This document shows, piece by piece, positions 17,217 to 24,102 of a DNA stretch of 27,891 bases. Each line of letters starts with the position of its first letter. The stretch's first letter is position 1. Source of the DNA: an uncultured delta proteobacterium. GTDB lineage: Bacteria > Desulfobacterota > Binatia > UBA9968. The stretch is from positions 1 to 27,891 of the forward strand of contig CAWJBB010000022.1 of the NCBI GenBank assembly GCA_963840855.1. The letters run 5' to 3'. The notes beneath the pieces were generated by a model that made no database searches, was not told where the DNA came from, and saw only the letters and a program-made list of their open reading frames with translations. The translations under genes and the position numbers were made by a program.

Positions 17217-17471
17217 GCCGGCGCCACGATACCCGCAAAGCGAAACTTTTGTGATTACAATGACTTGAAAGTCTTCGGAAGATAGGAAATCTCCCGAGAG
17301 GTTAAAAAAACCGCCATGAGTGACGGAAATTGGTAACGATGGGCGGCGGTTTCAGGGCAAATCCTGAGACCGCCTTTGATCTTCGTCCTGGGGATACTGC
17401 GGTGGCACCGTTCTTCCCCGAAATAACAAACTCGCCTGCCTCATGTTGATCTAAACCCTGGACATTCTAGT

Positions 17472-18185
17472 TTAACCACCCAAATAGGCTTCGATTACCC
17501 TAGGGTTATGCAGAAGTTCTTGGCTGGGTCCGGATAGCGCGATTACGCCATTCTCCATGACGTAGGCGCGATGGGCAATTCTAAGCGCTTGGCGCACGTT
17601 TTGTTCGACCAAGAAAATTGTCAGGCCACCTTCATTCAACTGGCTAAGAGTCTTAAAAATTTCCTGCACCAGAACCGGAGCCAAGCCCATTGACGGCTCG
17701 TCTAAAAGCAGCAGCTTCGGTCTCGCCATGAGCGCGCGGGCAATCGCCAGCATCTGTTGCTCGCCGCCAGAAAGATTGCCAGCGGTGCCATCAAGTCGTT
17801 CTCTCAACCGCGGGAACAGCGTCAGCAGGTTTGCTAAATCCTCGCCGGTCTCCGCGCTTTGTTTACGCCGGTAAGCGCCCAAGAGCAAATTTTCTCTAAC
17901 GGTCAACGTGGTGAGAATTTCCCGGCCTTCGGGGACTTGCACCAGGCCTCGTGCGACGATGCGGTGGGGCGCAGCGCCGCGCAGCTCGGCGCCGTCGAAG
18001 ATAATGGAGCCCGCGCTCGCACCCAGCAAACCCGAAAGCGCCAGCAGTGTCGTCGATTTTCCTGCCCCATTGGCTCCCAACACTGTCGTAATCTGGCCGC
18101 GAAACAGTTCTAGATCGATCCCCTTCACCGCCTCAATAGCGCCATAATGGACCCTGAGGCCGCTTACCTTAAGTAAGGCGCTCAT
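17472..18185 (-). CDS. livF: Branched-chain amino acid ABC transporter ATP-binding protein LivF
   Basis: Walker A GANGAGKST, VPEGRE, LSGGEQQMLAIARALM, LLDEPSMGLAP and AYLGG. Start taken at ATG 18185. Confidence 0.95.
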   Translation of the reverse strand: MSALLKVSGLRVHYGAIEAVKGIDLELFRGQITTVLGANGAGKSTTLLALSGLLGASAGSIIFDGAELRGAAPHRIVARGLVQVPEGREILTTLTVRENLLLGAYRRKQSAETGEDLANLLTLFPRLRERLDGTAGNLSGGEQQMLAIARALMARPKLLLLDEPSMGLAPVLVQEIFKTLSQLNEGGLTIFLVEQNVRQALRIAHRAYVMENGVIALSGPSQELLHNPRVIEAYLGG

Positions 18186-18210
18186 GGTTTCACCTTCCAC
18201 CCTCACCTAG

Positions 18211-18397
18211 CAGAGTACTGAAGAACGTTCCGTGCAGGCTACTCAAAAAGACCTCAGAAGCGAGGCGCGCACCTATCGTGATCGTGTTCGTGAAACGTGA
18301 CCGTGAAATCCGCACGAGCACGACCACGCACCACGAACACGAATTCACGCGAGGCGATTGAGCGCAACGAAGCTTATGGGGCTTTTTCAGCAGCCTG
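18211..18397 (+). mobile_element. MITE family A, most complete copy, flanked by a CTAG direct repeat
   Basis: CTAG at 18207-18210 and 18398-18401. Ends CAGAGTACTGAAGAAC / CTTTTTCAGCAGCCTG form an 11/16 inverted match. An internal second end GCAGGCTACTCAAAAAG and 6-nt repeats CGTGAT/CACGAG are present. Confidence 0.8.
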
Positions 18398-19159
18398 CTA
18401 GAGCTCATGCTCGCGTCCCAAATAGGCTTCTATCACATCAGGGTTGGCGCGAACCTCGTCTGGCTTGCCTTGAGCGATGACTTGGCCAAAATTTAGAACG
18501 GTAATCTGCCCGCACAAGCTCATGATAAACCGCATATCATGCTCAATGATCAGAATACCAATACCGCTCTCCTCAAGCTTGAGGATTTCATCCATCAACT
18601 GCTGCTTTTCGACACCGTTCATGCCGGCCGCCGGCTCGTCGAGCAACAAGAGTTTGGGACCGGTGGCCAGCGCTCGCGCGATCTCCAGACGGCGCTGCTC
18701 GCCGTAGGACAAATTGCCGGCGGCAAAAGCGGCCTTATGCGCCAATCCAACTCTTGCCAAAAGCTCGTGAGCGGCCTCCCGTTCACGCCTCTCGGCGGCG
18801 TGATAACCCGGTGAGACGAGCAACAAACCGAGCAGACCGTAGTGATTCTTGCCCTCCATCGCCACGAGGACGTTTTCCAAGAGAGACATTTCTTTGAATA
18901 CGCGAATATTTTGAAAAGTCCGCGCCACGCCCGCCCGCGTGATCTCGTAGGGCGCCATGCCATTTAGTCGCCGCCCGGAAAATTCAATGAAGCCGGCGCT
19001 GGGCGTTAACAGGCCCGTCACGAGATTGAATACGGTGGTCTTACCCGCACCGTTGGGACCGATCAAGCCGAAGATGCTCCGATCCGGCACCATGAGACTC
19101 ACATCGTCAAGTACGCGCAGACCGCCGAAATTTTTTGACAGCGACGATAGAGTCAGCAT
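18398..19159 (-). CDS. livG: Branched-chain amino acid ABC transporter ATP-binding protein LivG
   Basis: GPNGAGKTT, RTFQNIR, LSYGEQRRLEIARALA, LLLDEPAAGMN, IEHDM and VIEAYLG. Confidence 0.95.
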   Translation of the reverse strand: MLTLSSLSKNFGGLRVLDDVSLMVPDRSIFGLIGPNGAGKTTVFNLVTGLLTPSAGFIEFSGRRLNGMAPYEITRAGVARTFQNIRVFKEMSLLENVLVAMEGKNHYGLLGLLLVSPGYHAAERREREAAHELLARVGLAHKAAFAAGNLSYGEQRRLEIARALATGPKLLLLDEPAAGMNGVEKQQLMDEILKLEESGIGILIIEHDMRFIMSLCGQITVLNFGQVIAQGKPDEVRANPDVIEAYLGREHEL

Positions 19160-19162
19160 CTT

Positions 19163-20026
19163 TCAATTGATAGCCCGATGCGGCGCGCGCCGGCGCAAAA
19201 ACCGCGTGAGGTCCCAGAGGCCCCTGGGAGAATAAAGTATTATGACGATGAGAATCACGCCGTTGAGCAGCGGTCGATAGTGCCCCAGGCCGCGCAAGAG
19301 CTCGGGCAACAACGTAATGAGTACGCCACCGATTACCGCGCCCCAGGGACTTCCCGTGCCGCCGAGAACTCCCATGGCGAGAATCTCCACGCCGCGCTCA
19401 AAGCCGTATTCATTGGGACTTATGAAAAATGTGAAATGGGCATTGAGCCCGCCCGCCAGCCCTGCCAGGGCCGAGCCCGCGACAAAGGCAAACAATTTAT
19501 AGGCGTGCACGTTCAGTCCCATGACCTCGGTGGCGGTCTCGTCCTGGCAAATCGCCGCCATCGCGCGCCCGATATGCGCATGAGCGCAGCGCAGCAAAAC
19601 GTAAAGCGTAATTCCGAGCGCTATGACCACATGAACCCATCCAGTCAACTGGGGAATCCCGTTCAGTCCGAGAGCGCCGCCGGTGAGGTTCTCGGTGTTG
19701 AGGATGGCGATGCGCACGACTTCACCGAACGCCAAAGTCGCCATCGCCAGATAGACTCCCGAAAGGCGCAGCGTTGGCCGGCCGATGAGCATGGCGACGC
19801 CCGCGGGCACTAGCGCGCCGAGCAGCAACGCGGCTGGAAACGGCGTGCCGGTGTGCATGGTGAGAAGCGCCGCGGTATAAGCGCCCATCCCCATAAACGC
19901 GGCGTTGGCCACGGTGAGCAAACCGCAAGCCAGAGTTAAATAAATGGACAAGGCCAGCAACGCATTGGTGCCCAGGGACAGCACCAGGGTGCTGTAGGTT
20001 GCCCAAAAGGTTTCGAACCAGTTCAT
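19163..20026 (-). CDS. livM: Branched-chain amino acid ABC transporter permease LivM
   Basis: LRLSGVYLAMATLAFGE, LTGGALG, GRAMAAI, VLGGTGS..GAVIG and LPELLR. Confidence 0.92.
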   Translation of the reverse strand: MNWFETFWATYSTLVLSLGTNALLALSIYLTLACGLLTVANAAFMGMGAYTAALLTMHTGTPFPAALLLGALVPAGVAMLIGRPTLRLSGVYLAMATLAFGEVVRIAILNTENLTGGALGLNGIPQLTGWVHVVIALGITLYVLLRCAHAHIGRAMAAICQDETATEVMGLNVHAYKLFAFVAGSALAGLAGGLNAHFTFFISPNEYGFERGVEILAMGVLGGTGSPWGAVIGGVLITLLPELLRGLGHYRPLLNGVILIVIILYSPRGLWDLTRFLRRRAPHRAIN

Positions 20027-20040
20027 GGGATCTTGGGTCG

Positions 20041-20100
20041 CCGCGTTGCGCGGGTTCCAATCGTTCCAAACGTTCCGGTCGTTTCAATCGTTAAGACTAG
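20041..20100. repeat. Left arm only of the 9-nt GTTCCAATC inverted repeat family, cut off at CTAG
   Basis: CCGCGTTGCGCGG-GTTCCAATC-GTTCCAAAC-GTTCCGGTC-GTTTCAATC-GTTAAGA-CTAG; leader matches 7421. Confidence 0.75.
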
Positions 20101-20104
20101 GACT

Positions 20105-20188
20105 CACCACGAAGTAACGAAGAACACGAAGCGAAGAATTTTTGATTAAAAAATACTCCGGACTCTGTGAACTCTGTGCCTCTATGGT
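20105..20188. repeat. Chimeric 8/9-nt inverted repeat (CACGAAG x3 left, CTCTGTG x3 right)
   Basis: CACCACGAAG-TAACGAAG-AACACGAAG ... CTCTGTG-AA-CTCTGTG-C-CTCTATGGT. Confidence 0.65.
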
Positions 20189-20321
20189 ATATAGCAAATT
20201 CGAAATGCGAAATTTTACTTTGCGCTCTTTGTATTACTATCCAAAAACTAACACCAACATGTTTGTCATAACATGCCGCTGAAATATTGCGGAAGTTTAA
20301 GGTTCTCGGATTCGGAAATTC

Positions 20322-20463
20322 CTCCCGCCAAGGCGCAAAGGCGCCAAGTTCGGAGGGGAAGGAAAAATATTCTCGCAAATGGTTTTCACCATTTTTCTCC
20401 CACCTTTGCGGCCTTTGCGTCTTTGCGGGAGCCATTCCGAGTTTCCGTCGCGGCTGTTCGCCG
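20322..20463. repeat. Family C element (CGCMAAG x3 / CTTTGCG x3) with tail
   Basis: CTCCCGCCAAG-GCGCAAAG-GCGCCAAG-TTCGGAGGG ... CTTTGCG-GC-CTTTGCG-T-CTTTGCGGGAG-CCATTCCGAG..GCGGCTGTTCGCCG. Confidence 0.8.
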
Positions 20464-20522
20464 ACAAGGCGAACCTCTTTTTCCCAGCGCAGTCTGGGAA
20501 AAAGCGTGTACTACTATAGTTC

Positions 20523-20726
20523 AAAATTTTCGCGGCTCGCGAAAATTTTTCGCTGACCTGAACTCGGACAAGGGGATTTACTCGCGCCAAGGCGCAAAGT
20601 ACGCCAAGTTCGGAGGGAAAAGATGAATTGTCTATCAGAAACGTGTCACCGTTATCGTCCGACCTTTGCGGCCTTGGCGTCTTTGCGCGAGATATTCCGA
20701 ATTTTGCTTGCGGCGTAGCCGCGCTA
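20523..20726. repeat. Family C element with a perfect 12-bp left hairpin and a tail ending in the livH stop codon
   Basis: AAAATTTTCGCG-GCT-CGCGAAAATTTT (20523-20549). Then CTCGCGCCAAG-GCGCAAAG-TACGCCAAG ... CTTTGCG-GC-CTTGGCG-T-CTTTGCGCGAG-ATATTCCGAA..TTGCGGCGTAGCCGCGCTA. Confidence 0.85.
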
Positions 20727-21605
20727 TGCGCGCCGCTCCGCGGCTTTGCCGAACAGGCCCTCGGGCCGGAGCAGCAAGATCGCGAACAAAAGTCCGAAAG
20801 CCACGGCGTCGCGCATAGTCGAGCCGATGTAAGCAACCGAAAAGACTTCGGCGAAGCCGAGAAAAAAACCGCCCACCAGCGCGCCGCGGATATCACCCAT
20901 GCCTCCGAGGATCACCACGGCGATGCCTTTGTGCAGCATGGGCTGGCCCATGAGCGGAAACATGGCGTTGGTGTAGAGAGCGATCAGTACTCCAGCCATA
21001 CCGCCGAGCATTGAAGCGATGACCGAGGTCAAGCGGAAAAGCCCCTCGACGTCGATGCCCAAAAGCTCCGCGGCCTTGGTGGATTCTGCGACGCCGCGCA
21101 GGGCGCTGCCGACGCGAGTGTGCTTGAGGCCCCAAAGCAGCACCGCCATCAGCAGGAAAGCCAGGAAAATAATTTCCAACTCAAGCCAGGTAATCCTGAC
21201 CTCGCCCACGCTCAGGGCATCGTCCGGCAACAGGCCCGCGGGAAAACGCAAATTTTCCGCGCCAAAAAATCCTTCGATGGCGCTAGTGCAACAAATCGAC
21301 ACGCCGATGGTGGCAATCATGGGCGCTAGGTGGGGCGCATGACGCGCTCGCAGCGGCGCGAAAATCAATTTATCGAGGAGCCAGCCGGCCGCGCCCGTGG
21401 CAAGCATCGAAACGACAATGGCGCCGCCGAGCGGCAGCTTTACGAGCGTCACGGCGTGCAACGAAACATAAGCGCCGAGCATGAATATCGCCCCATGGGC
21501 TAGGTTCACCACACCCAGCACGCCGAACACCAACGTAAAGCCGAGGGCGAAGAGGGCATAAACGCCGCCCAGCGAAACTGCGTTGACGAGTTGCTGTTCG
21601 AGCAT
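20724..21605 (-). CDS. livH: Branched-chain amino acid ABC transporter permease LivH
   Basis: QQLVNAVSLGGVYALFALGFTLVFGVLGVVNLAHG, ILGGMGDIRGA and RPEGLFG. Confidence 0.95.
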   Translation of the reverse strand: MLEQQLVNAVSLGGVYALFALGFTLVFGVLGVVNLAHGAIFMLGAYVSLHAVTLVKLPLGGAIVVSMLATGAAGWLLDKLIFAPLRARHAPHLAPMIATIGVSICCTSAIEGFFGAENLRFPAGLLPDDALSVGEVRITWLELEIIFLAFLLMAVLLWGLKHTRVGSALRGVAESTKAAELLGIDVEGLFRLTSVIASMLGGMAGVLIALYTNAMFPLMGQPMLHKGIAVVILGGMGDIRGALVGGFFLGFAEVFSVAYIGSTMRDAVAFGLLFAILLLRPEGLFGKAAERRA

Positions 21606-21608
21606 CCG

Positions 21609-22760
21609 CTACTTTTGAATCACGTATTGGTTGGCTTTGGTCATCATGACGATGGCGGTCTGCACTGCGTCATAACCGGCGGGTTTGCCGTCGCGGCCGA
21701 TGACCTGGCGGAACTTGAAGGGGCCGGTGGCGCCGGTCCATTGAATCGCGGGCAAAGCATCGCGCAGCGCCTTGCGGTCGGCCTCCAGTTTACCCATGAC
21801 TTTGATTTTTTTTAGCGCCTGCGCGGCGATATACATCGCGTCATGGGCCTGCGCCGCGAACTGGTCCGGCAGCCCGCCATAGGCTTTCTGGTAGGCGGCA
21901 ATGAAACGCTGGTTTTCCGGCGCGGGATTTTCCACGGACCAGGGGCTGCCGACCCAGAGATTATCGGAATTGTCTTTAGCCAGCTCGAATATCCGGGACG
22001 AGTTCATGCCGTTGCCGCCGATAAACGGTGCTGTGATGGCTAATTGGCGCGCTTGGACCATGATCGGCGCGCCTTCGGCGACCAGCGCCGAGAGCACCAC
22101 CGCGTCGGGATTGCTCGCCTTGATCTTGGTCAGTTGTGGTTTAAAGTCCACGTCGCCCTTGGCAAAAGTCTCCGTGGTCGTGACGGGAATTTTAAGAGCA
22201 CGCAGAGCCTTGGCAAAATTATCGTAGCCGCTCTTGGTGAAGATATCGTCATTGCCGTAGAGCACCGCTACTTTTTTCAATCCCGTTTTTTGCGCCGCGA
22301 CCTTGAGCGTCACCGGCAAGATATCGGCCTCGGTGACGGAATTGCGAAAGACATAATTGCCGATGGAGGTAATGCCATCGGCGGTATTCGAAGTGCCAAA
22401 CACGACCACCTTGGCGCCCTGCGCCACCGGGTCGGAGGCCTGCGCGGAATTGGACAGAGTCGGACCGAACAACATCAGCACCTTGTCTTGAAAAATGAGC
22501 TTCTTAAAAACGTTGATGGCCTCTTCTTTCTTGCCTTGCTCGTCTTCGATGACCAACTCTATTTTATGGCCGTTGACACCGCCGCTGGCATTGATCTCAC
22601 CTGCTGCAAGCTCGAAGCCCTTGCGGATCGGCACGCCATACTGCGCGGCGTTGCCCGTCAAGGCTTCGGCGACGCCGATCTTAATTTCCGCCGCGACATC
22701 GATGGCGGATGCGCCGAGAATTCCTAGTATCGCTCCGAGGATCAACAGTCTCAGTTTCAT
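21609..22760 (-). CDS. livK: Branched-chain amino acid ABC transporter substrate-binding protein (LivK/LivJ family)
   Basis: ATG 22760 with GAGGAG RBS, signal peptide, IKIGVAEALTGNAAQYG, INASGGVNG and DFKPQLTKIK. Confidence 0.9.
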   Translation of the reverse strand: MKLRLLILGAILGILGASAIDVAAEIKIGVAEALTGNAAQYGVPIRKGFELAAGEINASGGVNGHKIELVIEDEQGKKEEAINVFKKLIFQDKVLMLFGPTLSNSAQASDPVAQGAKVVVFGTSNTADGITSIGNYVFRNSVTEADILPVTLKVAAQKTGLKKVAVLYGNDDIFTKSGYDNFAKALRALKIPVTTTETFAKGDVDFKPQLTKIKASNPDAVVLSALVAEGAPIMVQARQLAITAPFIGGNGMNSSRIFELAKDNSDNLWVGSPWSVENPAPENQRFIAAYQKAYGGLPDQFAAQAHDAMYIAAQALKKIKVMGKLEADRKALRDALPAIQWTGATGPFKFRQVIGRDGKPAGYDAVQTAIVMMTKANQYVIQK

Positions 22761-22788
22761 GGTTTTCTCCTCAGGTGATGTGGCCGCG

Positions 22789-23358
22789 CTATTTCTTTCC
22801 CGCCTCCACATGCCAGAGATAAAGCGTATGATCCCAGCTATGTCCGTCTTTAATGTGTTCGGTTTTGAGCGGTTTCCATTCGGCCATGTCGAAGTCATGC
22901 GAAACCACCCGGGAGCCAGGCTTCATCTGTTTCCAGATGTTGGGACGGATCATCAAATTCACTTCGGGCAGCAGATACATGGTCAATACCGACGCCGGCG
23001 CAAGATCCACCGTGCGGATATCTTGCTGGCGGATTTCTACCAGATTGCCGACGCCGGCTTTCTTGATGTTCTCCCGTGACTCCTTGATCCGCTCCGGATC
23101 GATTTCAAAGCCGATGGCGCGTACGCCGTATTTTTGCGCCGCGGTAATCACGATCCTGCCGTCGCCGGAGCCGAGATCGTAAACTACGTCGCCCTTCTTC
23201 ACCTGCGCCATTTCGAGCATCCGCTCCACCACTTCCTGTGGCGTGGGAACGTAGGGAACGATCTTGCCTTCTTGCGCTTGGACGAGCGTTAGATTTGCCG
23301 CCAGCGGCAGCGCGTTTATTAACGCCACCGCCAAAGTCATCCGCCATGATTTTTTCAT
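22789..23358 (-). CDS. Class I SAM-dependent methyltransferase, FAM173/ATPSCKMT-like, with a predicted signal peptide
   Basis: VPYVPTP, motif I VYDLGSGDGRIVITAA, GFEID and PGSRVVSHDF. N-terminus MKKSWR, hydrophobic stretch, VQA|QE. GGAGG RBS. Confidence 0.85.
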   Translation of the reverse strand: MKKSWRMTLAVALINALPLAANLTLVQAQEGKIVPYVPTPQEVVERMLEMAQVKKGDVVYDLGSGDGRIVITAAQKYGVRAIGFEIDPERIKESRENIKKAGVGNLVEIRQQDIRTVDLAPASVLTMYLLPEVNLMIRPNIWKQMKPGSRVVSHDFDMAEWKPLKTEHIKDGHSWDHTLYLWHVEAGKK

Positions 23359-23379
23359 ATCCGCCTCCGTGATGCGGGG

Positions 23380-23452
23380 GTTCATCGTTCAAAGTTCAAG
23401 GTTCAAGGCGGGGATAGGTCGTTGAACTTTGAACCCGGAACTTTGAACCGCG
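23380..23452. repeat. Inverted 7-nt tandem repeat (GTTCAAG x4 / YTTGAAC x4)
   Basis: GTTCATC-GTTCAAA-GTTCAAG-GTTCAAG, spacer GCGGGGATAGGTC, GTTGAAC-TTTGAAC-CCGGAAC-TTTGAAC-CGCG. Confidence 0.85.
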
Positions 23453-23456
23453 CATG

Positions 23457-23762
23457 CTAGCCGTTTTTCTGCCAAAATTTTCCGAGCCAGCCGCCGCTTT
23501 CCTTCTCCGCCACCTGCTCCAACTCGCCGGCATCGAGCCAGATACCCTGGCAGCTGGTGCATTGATCGATCGCAATCTTCTGGAAGCTGCGCTCTTTCAG
23601 CGGCCCGCCGCACTTGGGACACCTCATAGAGCTAGCTTCCTTCGCGGCACTCTTGGTTTCGGCCTCGTGCTTCGCTCGTAGCTTCGCCAGCTGTTCCTGT
23701 TCCTTCTTCACGAAGTATTCGTCTTCCTGCGCCTTCTTTCGCTCATCCCATTTGTTTGCCAT
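23457..23762 (-). CDS. Zinc-ribbon (zf-TFIIB-type) protein with an IF1-like N-terminal helix
   Basis: CPKC...IDQCTSCQGIWLDAGELE is the zf-TFIIB pattern. N-terminal WDERKKAQEDEYF..EQLAKL..HE. GGAGGA RBS. Confidence 0.85.
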   Translation of the reverse strand: MANKWDERKKAQEDEYFVKKEQEQLAKLRAKHEAETKSAAKEASSMRCPKCGGPLKERSFQKIAIDQCTSCQGIWLDAGELEQVAEKESGGWLGKFWQKNG

Positions 23763-23864
23763 CGCTGTCCTCCAAAAACCTAGAAATTCGGTTGCGGTTT
23801 CGAAGCCAAAATTTTTTAGGCACTTACGCTTAAAATGCTCGACTGAACGACTTCAGAAAGTTTA

Positions 23865-23943
23865 TCGCGCCAAGACGCCAAGCACGCAAAGAAAGACTCT
23901 TACCTATACTCCAAACCTTGGCGGCCTTTGCGCCTTTGCGCGA
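23865..23943. repeat. Family C inverted repeat core (CGCMAAG x3 / CTTKGCG x3)
   Basis: TCGCGCCAAG-ACGCCAAG-CACGCAAAG, 25-nt spacer, CTTGGCG-GC-CTTTGCG-C-CTTTGCGCGA. Confidence 0.85.
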
Positions 23944-24102
23944 GTCATGGTTTTTCCGATTTCTTCGCCAATATTCTGTTCAAAATTTCAAACGTCTTTG
24001 GTTAGCTATTTGCTCTTGGGCGCCGAGATTTTGCTCCTGCGCCGTGGTCCGCCTCGTTCGCGATGCGCAGATTGTTAAGAAACCAAGGCCGGCCCTTTAG
24101 AT

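Larger units (their letters stand above)
11463..17373. repeat. Copy 2 of the ~5.9 kb tandem duplication
   Basis: Begins AGCCAGTATCTTGCTA (same as 5604). Similarity fades after ...GAGACCGC at ~17373. Confidence 0.95.

Noticed and set aside
5604-17373. Diversity-generating retroelement (template/variable repeat) or phase-variation cassette as the cause of the duplication
   Set aside because: The repeat is kilobases long, differences are not adenine-specific and are mostly synonymous, and no reverse transcriptase or recombinase is present.
18190-18408. 72-aa ORF between livG and livF, and similar ORFs at 5306-5539 and 6080-6346
   Set aside because: They read through MITE or repeat sequence, or are antisense to real genes.
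20041-20726. Possible CRISPR array in the repeat-rich intergenic regions
   Set aside because: Units are 6-9 nt in inverted arms. There are no 23-47 nt direct repeats with unique spacers and no cas genes.
20097-20896. ORFs 20097-20435, 20273-20626, 20287-20556 and 20297-20896
   Set aside because: They are translations of repeat DNA (AKAQRRQ / LCGLCVFA patterns) or overlap livH out of frame, with no RBS or domain.
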